A stretch of 64,000 nucleotides of DNA from an uncultured bacterium (GTDB lineage Bacteria; Patescibacteriota; Minisyncoccia; UBA6257; 2-01-FULL-56-20): the NCBI GenBank assembly GCA_963844965.1, contig CAWJQC010000007.1, forward strand, positions 224,001-288,000, written 5' to 3'. Shown piece after piece: positions 28,022 to 37,488 of this stretch (positions within the stretch are counted from its first letter, which is position 1; each line of letters opens with the position of its first letter). The translations under genes and the position numbers were made by a program. The notes under the pieces are model-generated. The model saw only the letters and a program-made list of their open reading frames with translations, was not told the origin of the DNA and did not search any database.

Positions 28022-28390
28022 ATGCGCAGGAATGACGCTGGTTCCGGCTTGTCCAAAGTATTAATTGTGGTAGCTGTAGTAGCTGCGATTTCATTCATCA
28101 TTGCGATGGTTGTCCTTGAATATCAATCACATGCCAGGCCCGATGTGGAGTTGAGCGGCTGGGTCAGGAACGTAAACATTGTTTATGACTCTACTATTGT
28201 CGCTGTTGAGAAAGACGGCGACATCACGCCGCAGTCATATGAGCTGATCGGCAAACACTCTGAACTTTGGAAGGGCGAGCATGTTTGGCTAAGGCTTCAC
28301 TTCCGTCCTTACAGAGAGGAATACGAAATCGTCGGCTTCAAGCGACTCGGCCCCGACGACAAATCCAGGCCGTTGATAGTAAGTCATTGA
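28022..28390 (+). CDS. Hypothetical membrane-anchored protein
   Basis: AAGGAGG RBS; N-terminal TM helix; 122 aa (the ORF track extends it upstream without RBS support). Confidence 0.45.
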   Translation: MRRNDAGSGLSKVLIVVAVVAAISFIIAMVVLEYQSHARPDVELSGWVRNVNIVYDSTIVAVEKDGDITPQSYELIGKHSELWKGEHVWLRLHFRPYREEYEIVGFKRLGPDDKSRPLIVSH

Positions 28391-28403
28391 GTTTTCGCGG
28401 AAA

Positions 28404-28436
28404 AGCCCCACCATTTGGTGGGGCGGTTCTTTTGCG
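28404..28436 (+). terminator. Rho-independent terminator
   Basis: CCCCACCA-TTTG-GTGGGGCGG followed by TTCTTTTG. Confidence 0.65.
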
Positions 28437-28460
28437 GCGCATATTTTTATAAAAAAAGAG

Positions 28461-28486
28461 CCCTCGCCGGTTCCGACCGGCGAGGG
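28461..28486 (-). terminator. Rho-independent terminator for the minus strand (CCCTCGCCGG stem with an A-run on plus = U-run on minus)
   Basis: Perfect 10-bp stem; AAAAAAAG immediately 5' on the plus strand. Confidence 0.5.
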
Positions 28487-28515
28487 GTTTGGAGAATTGA
28501 AAGTGAGCGGGGTGC

Positions 28516-28644
28516 TCAAGAAGCGTGGACGATGTAGTCCTTATGACTGGAATACGGCGCCAGCCCGAAGGGCGCAGCGGCTCCGTGAGTGAACCAGAAC
28601 GCCCTTTTGGAACTTTGAACATTGTTCTCGGCCATCCTCAACAT
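28516..28644 (-). CDS. Candidate small protein (42 aa, MLRMAENNVQSSKRAFWFTHGAAAPFGLAPYSSHKDYIVHAS)
   Basis: Not in the ORF track (under 60 aa); GGAAAGG RBS-like sequence upstream; stop sits directly before the minus-strand terminator. Confidence 0.25.
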   Translation of the reverse strand: MLRMAENNVQSSKRAFWFTHGAAAPFGLAPYSSHKDYIVHAS

Positions 28645-28857
28645 TTTAAGCTGGCCTTTCCCGTGGTCATAGTCCTTTTTGGGGTTAAAGCCGTCCCTGA
28701 GTATTTCTTCCTCTGAGCTGTCTTAATTATAGCAGATAACAAATTTAATGTCAAGCCCATTCCCAAGCGCCAAAAGCGGTGTTAATCTTTATAAAACAAG
28801 TCGTTTATTGGATGGTTTTTTCTATTTTCTACTTTCTAATTTCTATTTTCTAAACCA

Positions 28858-30105
28858 ATGCTTCAATCCGAACTTTTCACCAAGGTTTCGCGGGACGCGC
28901 CCAGCGATGAAGCCGCTTTGAGCGCCAAACTGCTCACGCGGGCGGGATTTGTGAGTAAGGTGATGGCCGGCGTTTACGAGTTTATGCCGCTCGGTTTGCG
29001 CGTCTTGAACAAGATCAACGCCGTCATCCGCGACGAGATGGACAAAACGGGCGCGCAGGAAATTTTCATGTCCGTTTTGCAGAACAAGGAGACATGGGCG
29101 AAGAGCGGGCGGTGGGAAACGGCGAAAGACGTCATGTATCAATTCAAGGACGCTTCCGGCAAAGAAGTCGGTCTCGGCTGGACGCACGAGGAGCCGCTCA
29201 CGGTCGCTGCCAAGAAATATATAAGTTCCTATCGGGACTTGCCGCGCGCCGTCTACCAGATCCAGACGAAGTTCAGGAACGAACCGCGGGCGAAGTCCGG
29301 CCTTTTGCGCAGCAAGGAATTTTTAATGAAGGATTTGTATAGTTTCCACGCCAGCGAAGAATGCCTGAATAAATATTACGAGCGCGTTGCCGTCGCTTAC
29401 GGCAATATATTCAAGAGAATTGGTCTGAACGCGCTGCGCACGGTGGCTTCCGGCGGTCTGTTCTCAAAATATTCCGACGAATTCCAGGTGCTTTGCGACG
29501 CCGGCGAGGATACGATTTTCCATTGCGAGAATTGTCCTTATGCCGCCAATCTTGACGTAGCCGAAGAACTTAAACTTAAGAATAAATGTCCAGCCCGCCT
29601 GCCGGACGGGCAGGAATGCGGGGGAAAGATAAAAAAGGCGAAAAGCATAGAAGTCGGCAATATTTTCAAGCTGGGAACGAAGTTCTCGGAAGCGTTCGGC
29701 CTGACTTTTAAGGATGAAAAAGGCGCCGAAAAACCGGTGATTATGGCTTCATACGGCATAGGGCCGGGGAGAGTGCTAGCGACTATCGTGGAAATTCATC
29801 ATGACGAAGCGGGAATTATCTGGCCGGAGGCGGTCGCGCCCTTCCGGGTGCATTTATTGGAGCTTGGCGGTGCGAAGGGCGAAGAGTTGTACAAATCTTT
29901 ACAAAAAGGTGGAATTGACGTACTCTATGACACGAGAGACATGTCGGCGGGCGAGAAATTCGCCGAGGCCGATCTTATCGGAATTCCTTGGCGCGCAGTC
30001 GTAAGCCAGAAAACCGGCGACAAAGTGGAGATAAAAAAACGTGGCGAAAAGGAGACGAAGCTAATGGACGTCAAGGAAGTCATCAAACAAATAAGTAATT
30101 CGTAA
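28858..30105 (+). CDS. proS: Proline--tRNA ligase (short form without editing insertion)
   Basis: Class II aaRS motifs with ProRS-specific sequence and anticodon-binding domain; 415 aa. Confidence 0.9.
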   Translation: MLQSELFTKVSRDAPSDEAALSAKLLTRAGFVSKVMAGVYEFMPLGLRVLNKINAVIRDEMDKTGAQEIFMSVLQNKETWAKSGRWETAKDVMYQFKDASGKEVGLGWTHEEPLTVAAKKYISSYRDLPRAVYQIQTKFRNEPRAKSGLLRSKEFLMKDLYSFHASEECLNKYYERVAVAYGNIFKRIGLNALRTVASGGLFSKYSDEFQVLCDAGEDTIFHCENCPYAANLDVAEELKLKNKCPARLPDGQECGGKIKKAKSIEVGNIFKLGTKFSEAFGLTFKDEKGAEKPVIMASYGIGPGRVLATIVEIHHDEAGIIWPEAVAPFRVHLLELGGAKGEELYKSLQKGGIDVLYDTRDMSAGEKFAEADLIGIPWRAVVSQKTGDKVEIKKRGEKETKLMDVKEVIKQISNS

Positions 30106-30185
30106 TTGGTAACTGGTAATTGGCTGGTTCGGAAAAGATCCAAACAACCTAATCAGCCGATTACCAATTACTATTTACCGCTTTC

Positions 30186-31229
30186 ATGAAATTTTTTGAT
30201 AAAATTTTCAACGACATTGGTATTGACCTCGGTACGGCGAATTCGCTCGTGTATTTCAGGAATCGCGGCATTGTCGTGAACGAGCCGACGGTTGCCGCGG
30301 TGAATAACAAGACGAACAAGATCTTGTCCATCGGGGAAGACGCGAAAAAAATGCTCGGGCGGACTCCGGGGCACATAAACGTTATCCGGCCGCTCGTGAA
30401 CGGCGTTATTTCGGATTTTGACATGACGCAGGAATATTTGCGCGAGCTTTTGCGGCGTCCGAGAACCAACCCGATTTTAAGTTATAGAAGGGCCATTCTT
30501 TCCATTCCCAATAATCTTACGGAGGTGGAACAGAAGTCGGTTGAGGACGCCGGACTGAACGCCGGTTGCTCACGCGTTTATCTCGTGGAGTCAACGACTG
30601 CCGCGGCTCTCGGCGCCGACATGCCCATAAGCGAGCCGTCGGCGAGTTTGATAATAGATATCGGCGGCGGCACGACGGACATCGCCGTGATTTCCCTGGG
30701 AGGTACCGTTGTTTCGCGGACATTGAAAGTCGCCGGCGACAAGCTTAACGATGACATCGTCAGGTTTGTCCGCGACGAATTCCGTTTGGCAATCGGCGAA
30801 CCGACGGCCGAGTACGCGAAGATCGCCGTTGGTTCCGCCGTTCCCATGGACGACAGATTGGAAGTGCCGATACGCGGGCGCGATTACACCTCCGGTCTTC
30901 CGAAAGAGGTCATCATAAAGAACAATCACATACGCGCCGCGATCCAGAAATCGCTGCGCACCATAACGGATTCCGTGCGGGAGGTGATAGAGGAAACGCC
31001 GCCGGAGCTCGTGGGCGATATTTTGAGTCATGGGATCTACGTTTGCGGCGGCGGCGCGATGCTCCGCGGCTTGGACGAACTTTTGGGCAAGGAAGCGGCC
31101 GTACCCGTGCGCATCGTGGATGAGCCCCTGACCTGCGTGGCGCGCGGACTGGGCAGAATGGTTGAAGATTTTGACGCCTACAGAGCATTGCTCAATAACC
31201 CGCCAAAGCCGCTGTCAATCAACTTGTAG
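30186..31229 (+). CDS. mreB: Rod shape-determining protein MreB
   Basis: Actin-fold motifs IGIDLGTANS and DIGGGTTD; 347 aa. Confidence 0.9.
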   Translation: MKFFDKIFNDIGIDLGTANSLVYFRNRGIVVNEPTVAAVNNKTNKILSIGEDAKKMLGRTPGHINVIRPLVNGVISDFDMTQEYLRELLRRPRTNPILSYRRAILSIPNNLTEVEQKSVEDAGLNAGCSRVYLVESTTAAALGADMPISEPSASLIIDIGGGTTDIAVISLGGTVVSRTLKVAGDKLNDDIVRFVRDEFRLAIGEPTAEYAKIAVGSAVPMDDRLEVPIRGRDYTSGLPKEVIIKNNHIRAAIQKSLRTITDSVREVIEETPPELVGDILSHGIYVCGGGAMLRGLDELLGKEAAVPVRIVDEPLTCVARGLGRMVEDFDAYRALLNNPPKPLSINL

Positions 31230-31274
31230 TTGCGCGGATGAACGCGGATTTCCACGCTGATTAGCGTTGATAAA

Positions 31275-31973
31275 ATGCACAGAACTAACTGGATATTGAT
31301 TATACTCATAGTCGTTTTGGCGGCCTTAATTTTATTCCAGCCGCATTACGGCTGGGAGGTGAGGAAATTTCTGGCGCCGAGCTCAACGCAGCTGAACGGC
31401 GCTTCCGGCAATCTGGCGGCCGAGAACGAGAAGCTGAAAGCCGAGCTCGCGAAGCTCCGAAGTATTCAGGCCCAATTCCCGGATAGATCGCCGGATTATA
31501 TCGGCGCCATGGTTTACTCGCGCTACCCGCTGAACTTCAAGAACGAGCTTCTGCTCAACGCAGGAACGCACGACGGCGTGGTGGTGGATAAGGCTGTTAT
31601 CGCGGACGGAATTCTGATCGGCAAGATTAGCCAAGTTTTTGACACCACCGCGCTCGTTCAGACCATGTTTGACAGCGATTTTCAAACCGCCGTGCGGATT
31701 GGTTCTGCCGGCTTGCCCGCCGGAGCCTTGGCGAAGGCGGGAACGCAGTCGCTTTTGCGCGGCGGAACACTGCCGAAGCTTACTCTTATCCCATTGAACG
31801 CGGGCGTTTCAAGCGGCGACATCGTCTATTCCGCCTCGCCGGATTTTCCCTACGGCCTGCCTATCGGCGAAGTCGCAACGGTCGCGACTTCTTCCGATAA
31901 TCTCTTCCGCGAGGCGACGCTTAACTTCGCTTACGATATAAATTCCGTGAGCGCGGTTCTTGTTGCGAAATAA
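31275..31973 (+). CDS. mreC: Rod shape-determining protein MreC
   Basis: N-terminal TM, coiled-coil (ENEKLKAELAKL), C-terminal beta domain; position after mreB. Confidence 0.8.
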   Translation: MHRTNWILIILIVVLAALILFQPHYGWEVRKFLAPSSTQLNGASGNLAAENEKLKAELAKLRSIQAQFPDRSPDYIGAMVYSRYPLNFKNELLLNAGTHDGVVVDKAVIADGILIGKISQVFDTTALVQTMFDSDFQTAVRIGSAGLPAGALAKAGTQSLLRGGTLPKLTLIPLNAGVSSGDIVYSASPDFPYGLPIGEVATVATSSDNLFREATLNFAYDINSVSAVLVAK

Positions 31974-31999
31974 TATTTTAATTTGCTAGCCAGTTAGAC

Positions 32000-32066
32000 G
32001 GTTAAAGGGTTAACATGTTAACGAGTTGATGACTTTAAACCCGTTAACCAGTGGACTCGTTAACTG
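32000..32066. promoter_or_regulatory. GTTAAC-rich motif cluster upstream of mreD (perfect 14-bp palindrome GTTAACATGTTAAC plus CCCGTTAACC and CTCGTTAACTG)
   Basis: Four GTTAAC copies within 60 bp; shares GTTAACGAGTT with the pilin upstream region. Confidence 0.4.
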
Positions 32067-32094
32067 ATTAATCGGTCAATTATTTATTATAAGT

Positions 32095-32529
32095 ATGAAG
32101 TTATTGGTTGCCGTTATATTTCTCATACTTGGAATATTTCTCCAGCTTTTAGTCGGGGGAGCGAGCGGCGTCTGGCTTAATTTCTCGCTCGCCGCGCTCG
32201 TCACAGCCGCGCTCTTCTTGAATTTCTTGGAGTTATTGCTTCTTTGCCTAATCGCTATTTTTATCTTGAATTGGCAGCCGGCATTCAGTTTGGAAATCGC
32301 GCTTTATATTGTTCTGCCATTTCTTGTTTTTGCGTTGCGAAAATTTTTTCCCGTTAAGGCCTGGACCTGGGGACCGGTGGTAATTTTTTTGTCTTTCCTG
32401 ATTTTTTACCTTGCGGCCGGCCCGCGTTTCCTAGTGGCCGCTCCGGCCATATTTCTGTGGGATATTATCGGCGGATTGGCGTTCGGAGGCATATTTTTCA
32501 AGGCCTGCGCGGCGGTTGCAAAAACTTGA
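32095..32529 (+). CDS. mreD: Rod shape-determining protein MreD-like small polytopic membrane protein
   Basis: 144-aa, highly hydrophobic, five TM segments; position after mreC. Confidence 0.55.
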   Translation: MKLLVAVIFLILGIFLQLLVGGASGVWLNFSLAALVTAALFLNFLELLLLCLIAIFILNWQPAFSLEIALYIVLPFLVFALRKFFPVKAWTWGPVVIFLSFLIFYLAAGPRFLVAAPAIFLWDIIGGLAFGGIFFKACAAVAKT

Positions 32530-32555
32530 CAGATTGTGTTGCGCAAACATATAGT
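32526..32555 (+). promoter_or_regulatory. Candidate promoter (TTGACA, 18 nt spacer, TATAGT)
   Basis: Perfect -35 and 5/6 -10 overlapping the mreD stop; GAGGAGGGA RBS before the next gene. Confidence 0.4.
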
Positions 32556-32652
32556 GTAATCGCAAACCACCGGGGTTTGCTGCCTGAAAAGCCCTACCGC
32601 TCCAACCTGTAAGGTTAGGAAGACGAGGAGGGATGGCAACGGGAGAAGTAAG

Positions 32653-33213
32653 ATGTACCTTGAAATGCCGATTGTAAGTGCTATAAACTCGGGCTTGGAT
32701 TGGCGTGCCCTCTATGCCGTTTGTATCCTTGCTGTCTTTATTGTTCCCTTCTGGTGGGAGCGCTACGGAAATAATTGGAGACATCGAAGAGAGCGGCGGC
32801 GTAAGGAATCCCTTCCCCGCTTGCGGGCGAAGCGCTACAAAGACAGCATCGCGTTGGTTCGCGAGGACGACTATCTGGAGGTGTGCAGGGAATATGAAGA
32901 GAAGGCACGCCGCGGGGAAATCAAGCCGTGGGAAAAAATGGTAGTTATCGTGCAGCGCACTTTTACCTTTTATGTGCATGAGGCTGACAAAACGCTCATG
33001 CACGTTGGTGGTTTTGATAAATACCACAGTTTGATTGGGGAGTTTTATCCTCGTGAACAACGCAGTGAGCCAGAAGATGCACCCAATCTCTTTCTCCCGT
33101 TCCTTAACGAGACAATTATGAAGTTTGAGGAGCAGGCAAAGATGTTCAAGCGCTATTCTCTAGAGGAGGTACGCAATTATCTTCTCACAAAGCAACTTCC
33201 GCAGCTTCCTTGA
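32653..33213 (+). CDS. Hypothetical membrane-anchored protein with an Arg-rich juxtamembrane region
   Basis: 186-aa ORF between the promoter/RBS and a strong terminator. Confidence 0.5.
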   Translation: MYLEMPIVSAINSGLDWRALYAVCILAVFIVPFWWERYGNNWRHRRERRRKESLPRLRAKRYKDSIALVREDDYLEVCREYEEKARRGEIKPWEKMVVIVQRTFTFYVHEADKTLMHVGGFDKYHSLIGEFYPREQRSEPEDAPNLFLPFLNETIMKFEEQAKMFKRYSLEEVRNYLLTKQLPQLP

Positions 33214-33237
33214 TTATGGTTACTGATTTTCAGTGCC

Positions 33238-33275
33238 ACCACCGGTCGCCCAAGGCGACCGGTTTTCTTTTTGCC
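33238..33275 (+). terminator. Rho-independent terminator
   Basis: CACCGGTCGCC-CAA-GGCGACCGGT followed by TTTCTTTTT. Confidence 0.7.
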
Positions 33276-33307
33276 AACAAAAAATTTCGGTGATAAGCTA
33301 AGGAGTG

Positions 33308-33418
33308 GTCGCGAATAACGCGAATGGCGGCAAATAATGCGAATAAATCTTACTTTTGTTTTTCGCGGGTATCTTTCATAATTCGCGTTATTAAATAAAA
33401 ATTCGCATTATTCGCGAT
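33308..33418. promoter_or_regulatory. Four copies (two per orientation) of a 12-bp motif AATAACGCGAAT / ATTCGCGTTATT upstream of mrdA; operator-like
   Basis: Copies at about 33311, 33334, 33380 and 33401, arranged as a large imperfect palindrome ending 7 nt before the ATG. Confidence 0.45.
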
Positions 33419-33424
33419 TACTCC

Positions 33425-35329
33425 ATGTTCTCAAAAAAGGAACAAAAAGACCTCGCTCTTGAAGAAGCGCTCCGCGACAGCGTGTCTTCGGATTTTGACG
33501 TCGTGGAGGTGCCCATCGGTGCGAAGCCGTTCCTTTATCTTGGCGGCGTGCTTGTTCTGGTCGGCCTTGTCCTTGCCGGGCGTATCCTGTATCTCAACAT
33601 TTTCGGCGCGCAGTTATACGTTTCGCAGGCGCAGGCGAATTTGAGCAGTTTGCAAAAGCTTACGGCGCCGCGCGGTTTGATCTACGACAGGCAGGGCGAT
33701 GTTCTTGCCGAAAATGTCGCCACATTCGCGGCCGTGCTTAACGCGAAAGAGTTCGCGAACCATCCGGAACTGCAGGAAAACACGTTGAGGACGATTACCG
33801 ACGTTCTCGGAATTTCCGCCGATGATGTGCGCGGTTTGATGAACAGCGGCTCGTCTTCTCCCGCGTCCGTTGTCCTAGCCGACAATCTTATGCAGGGTGA
33901 GATAGTTGGAATTGACGGCGCGAACCTTCCGACACTTTCGGTTGAGCGCGAATTCGGAAGAAAATACAACGAGGGTCCGGTTTTTGCGTCCGTCGTGGGT
34001 TATGTAGGGAGGCCGAGCGCCAATGACCTCAAAACCAACCCCGACCTTGCGGGCGATGACTTTGTCGGCAAGGCGGGAGTCGAGGCGTTTCACGACAAAT
34101 CTTTAAGGGGCAGTGACGGAACGGTGGAGACCATCAGGGATTCCAAGGGGCAGGTTTTGAGCGAGAAAAAGAAAAGTGATCCAGCGCCAGGCGAGCCGCT
34201 TCGTCTCACCATTGACGGAGATTTTCAGAGATACTTTTATTACCGTCTGGAGGAGGGACTTCAGTCGTTGGGGAAGCGGATAGGCGCGGGAATTGCCATT
34301 GATCCGCGGAACGGTGAGGTGCTCGCGCTCGTGAACTTGCCGTCGTTTGACCCAAATGTTCTCTCGGGTCCTGGCAATAATGACATAAAGACCGAGATCT
34401 TTAATTCCGCGGACAAACCGCTTTTCAATCGCGCAGTTAGCGGCTACTACAGTCCCGGTTCAACCATCAAGCCCTTGGTCGGCGTCGCGGCATTGGCGGA
34501 AGGCGTGATTGACCCGCAACGGGAAATTTTTTCGCCGGGCTACATGGATTTTCCGAATCCTTACAACGCCAGCGAGACAACCCGTTATTTGGACTGGCGC
34601 TATCAGGGAAACGTGAATTTGGCTTCGGCGATTGCCCAGTCGTCGGACGTTTACTTTTATCTTGTCGGCGGCGGTTCGCCTCCCGAAATTTCGCCGCCGG
34701 AAATTCTGAACGGTGGCGGCACCGTAAAGGGACTGGGCATCAGCCGGCTAATTGACTGGTGGGAAAAATTCAATTTGGGCAAACCGACCGGCGTTGATCT
34801 GCCCGGAGAAGGCGACGGTTTCCTGCCGTCACCGGATTGGAAAGAAGCGAAAACGAAGAAACCGTGGCTTTTGGGCGATACATATAATGTTTCCATCGGC
34901 CAGGGCGATTTGCTTCTGACGCCGATTCAGCTTCTTTCCTACACGGACGCGATAGCGAACGGCGGAAAAATTTACGAGCCGGTTTTGAATTTGGACTCGC
35001 GCCATCCGAGTACGACCGCTGACCTTTCCGCGTTCCAGCCGGAAATAAAAGAAGTGCAGAAGGGGATGGTGGAGGGCGTTACGTCGCCTCTCGGCACGGC
35101 GCACTCCTTGGCGGACCTTGGTTTCTCTGTCGGCGCGAAGACTGGCAGCGCGCAGGTGATGAACAACGCCCAGGAGAACGCGTGGTTTGTTGGCTACACG
35201 CCTACCGATAATCCGCAGATTGCCATTTTGGTTCTTGTGGAAAATTCCAAAGAAGGAAGTTTGAACGCCGTGCCGATAGCGAAAGATATCTTAAATTGGT
35301 ATTATTGGAATAGGATTTATAAACCATGA
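33425..35329 (+). CDS. mrdA: Penicillin-binding protein 2 (elongasome transpeptidase)
   Basis: N-terminal TM; transpeptidase motifs STIKP (SxxK), SSD (SxN) and KTGS; position after mreBCD. Confidence 0.9.
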   Translation: MFSKKEQKDLALEEALRDSVSSDFDVVEVPIGAKPFLYLGGVLVLVGLVLAGRILYLNIFGAQLYVSQAQANLSSLQKLTAPRGLIYDRQGDVLAENVATFAAVLNAKEFANHPELQENTLRTITDVLGISADDVRGLMNSGSSSPASVVLADNLMQGEIVGIDGANLPTLSVEREFGRKYNEGPVFASVVGYVGRPSANDLKTNPDLAGDDFVGKAGVEAFHDKSLRGSDGTVETIRDSKGQVLSEKKKSDPAPGEPLRLTIDGDFQRYFYYRLEEGLQSLGKRIGAGIAIDPRNGEVLALVNLPSFDPNVLSGPGNNDIKTEIFNSADKPLFNRAVSGYYSPGSTIKPLVGVAALAEGVIDPQREIFSPGYMDFPNPYNASETTRYLDWRYQGNVNLASAIAQSSDVYFYLVGGGSPPEISPPEILNGGGTVKGLGISRLIDWWEKFNLGKPTGVDLPGEGDGFLPSPDWKEAKTKKPWLLGDTYNVSIGQGDLLLTPIQLLSYTDAIANGGKIYEPVLNLDSRHPSTTADLSAFQPEIKEVQKGMVEGVTSPLGTAHSLADLGFSVGAKTGSAQVMNNAQENAWFVGYTPTDNPQIAILVLVENSKEGSLNAVPIAKDILNWYYWNRIYKP

Positions 35330-36315
35330 GTGAACTACGCCAAGACCCTGTTTCCGGCGACTGGATTATTATGGCGCCGGAACGTGGCGGCAGACCGCAC
35401 AATATCGGCGGCAAAAAAGCGGCACGGAAGCCATCGCCCAAAAAAGACTGCCCATTTGAGAATCCGAAGAAATCAGGCAACTGGCCGCCGATTTTGAGCT
35501 GGCCGAACGAAAAGAAATGGCAAATACTTCTGACCCCCAACAAGTTTCCCGCTCTGTCGCATGCCGACGGCTGCGCCCAAAACTTTAGAGTCGGTCCCTA
35601 CGATTTGAAAAATGGAACTGGCAGACATGACCTTTTGATAACGCGCGACCATCGCAAGAATTTCGGCGACCTCGCGCCCGCCATGGCAACGAAAGTTTTG
35701 GAAGTGCTTCAGGCGCGTTACAGAATGCTCGCCCGCGACAAGTGTCTTCTATATACATCATCGTTTTTCAATTACGGACCGACAGCCGGAGCGTCAATTT
35801 TCCATCCGCATTACCAGGTTATAACTTTGCCGATTCTCCCTTCCGATTTCAAACATTCACTTCTCGGACTTGAGGCGTATTACGAGAAGAATCATCGTTG
35901 CGCTCATTGCGTGATGCTTGCCGAGGAGTTGAGGTCAAAGACTAGAATAATAGACCAGAATAGATTCGCCGCGCTCGTTTCCCCGTTCGTTCCGCGCGAG
36001 GCCTATGAGATAAGAGTTTTCCCGAAGCGCCATCTGCCACGTTTTGAAAATACTTCTTTGCACGAGTTGCGGGATATGGCGGCGATGCTCCAGTCGGGCA
36101 TCAAGCGCCTCAAGCGGTATCTCGGCGACCCGGATTTTAATTTTTTCATCCACACCGCGCCACTCAAGAACCGCACCCGCTACCGCTACTATCATTGGCA
36201 CATAGAGATTGTTCCCAAGATCACCATTATCGGGGGGTTCGAGCTTTCCACTGGCGTTGACATTAACGTCGTTGACCCAGAGAACGCGGCGGCAGTTTTA
36301 CGCGGGGAAAAATAA
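35326..36315 (+). CDS. Galactose-1-phosphate uridylyltransferase-family (GalT-like HIT) protein
   Basis: HPHYQ (HxHxQ) active-site motif; Cys/His zinc ligands; ATGA-overlapped start with mrdA. Confidence 0.6.
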   Translation: MSELRQDPVSGDWIIMAPERGGRPHNIGGKKAARKPSPKKDCPFENPKKSGNWPPILSWPNEKKWQILLTPNKFPALSHADGCAQNFRVGPYDLKNGTGRHDLLITRDHRKNFGDLAPAMATKVLEVLQARYRMLARDKCLLYTSSFFNYGPTAGASIFHPHYQVITLPILPSDFKHSLLGLEAYYEKNHRCAHCVMLAEELRSKTRIIDQNRFAALVSPFVPREAYEIRVFPKRHLPRFENTSLHELRDMAAMLQSGIKRLKRYLGDPDFNFFIHTAPLKNRTRYRYYHWHIEIVPKITIIGGFELSTGVDINVVDPENAAAVLRGEK

Positions 36316-36342
36316 GCCGGAATTTCGCAGCCACATTTTTCT

Positions 36343-36685
36343 ATGCTAAAAAAGATTTTAAAATCCAGGATAGTCAGCTCTATTTTTTTGCTGGATCCTG
36401 CTTTTGGTTCTGGGCGGAACGATCTGGGTGTATTTCGCCCTGCGTCATATCGCGCCGCCGCTGATTCTTCATTTCAACAACCTCGCCGGGATTAACCAGA
36501 CCGGGAATTTGGCGGATTTATTGGAGATCGGTGCCACCGGCATTGTTTTCGTGCTCGTGAACTTTTTTATAGCGTTGGAGCTGGAGAATAGGGACGCGTT
36601 CGGCGGCAAGCTTCTGGCCGCGGCGACCCTATTCCTCGCGATTTTGATTTTCATTGGCTTTGCCGCTATAATTTCTGCAAATTAG
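36343..36685 (+). CDS. Small polytopic membrane protein; ATG at 36343 and body (from 36404) are in different frames, joined if the T7 run at 36383-36389 were T6
   Basis: ORF track body 36404..36685 starts on TTG; an upstream ATG ORF ([15 protein letters not shown]...) ends shortly after the T7 run; removing one T fuses them. Confidence 0.4.
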
Positions 36686-37174
36686 TATCGATGCTAATAT
36701 ACGAATGAGTACTAATGATACGAATAACCGAAACAGGAAACTTATTTATCCGGAATTATCATATACGATTGTCGGCATTTGCTTTGAAGTTCATAATCAG
36801 CTCGGGAGATTTGAGAGGGAAAAACAATACGGGGATTTGACAGAAAAGAAGTTAAAAGAGTCCGGTATTTCATACGAGCGCGAACGCGAGATTTTGAAAA
36901 CGGGAAACCGGGTTGATTTTTTGATTGATGGTAAGATCATCTTAGAAGTCAAAGCAAGAAAACTTGTTTTAAAAGATGATTTTTATCAACTGCAGCGCTA
37001 TCTTCAGGCTGCTGGTAAAAAGCTCGGTTTGATAGTAAATTTTAGAAACCGCTATTTGAAACCAATCAGGATTATCCGCATTGATACTGACGCAAGGAAA
37101 AAATTTCAATAACTTGCAAAAATTGTCATTATAGATTAGTATAATTAGCATCATTAGTATATTAGCATCGATAC
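36685..37174. mobile_element. 490-bp cassette bounded by 18-bp perfect terminal inverted repeats (GTATCGATGCTAATATAC / GTATATTAGCATCGATAC), carrying a GxxExxY-family gene
   Basis: TIRs at 36685-36702 and 37157-37174 with an imperfect extension (TACTAATGAT); the right TIR ends 1 nt before the rplU ATG. Confidence 0.45.
36705..37112 (+). CDS. GxxExxY-family protein (PD-(D/E)xK nuclease-like)
   Basis: [19 protein letters not shown] motif and overall 135-aa architecture typical of the GxxExxY family. Confidence 0.7.
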   Translation: MSTNDTNNRNRKLIYPELSYTIVGICFEVHNQLGRFEREKQYGDLTEKKLKESGISYEREREILKTGNRVDFLIDGKIILEVKARKLVLKDDFYQLQRYLQAAGKKLGLIVNFRNRYLKPIRIIRIDTDARKKFQ

Positions 37175-37175
37175 C

Positions 37176-37488
37176 ATGTCTAAATTTTCGATAATCGAGA
37201 CGGGAGGAAAACAATATAAAGTTTCCGCCGGTCAAAAAATTAAGGTGGAAAAACTGAACGCGGAGGCGGGCGATTCTTTTGTTTTTGACAAGGTTTTGCT
37301 TGTTGTGGATGGCGAAAAAGTTGAGATTGGCACGCCATATATCGCCGGCGCGAAAGTGGAAGCCAAAGTTTTGCGCCAAGCCCGCGAACGCAAGAAAATC
37401 GTTTTCAAATACCATTCCAAAACGAGATATAAAAAAGAAAAAAGGACACCGACAACATTTTACGGAGGTGTTAGTGGAGAAAATTTGA
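37176..37488 (+). CDS. rplU: 50S ribosomal protein L21; frame shifts within the A6-G-A6 tract at 37431-37443 and the true C-terminus (KKKKGHRQHFTEVLVEKI) is in the +1 frame
   Basis: N-terminus MSKFSIIETGGKQYKV is canonical L21; the conserved C-terminal tail is only found in the overlapping ORF ending at 37488. Confidence 0.85.
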
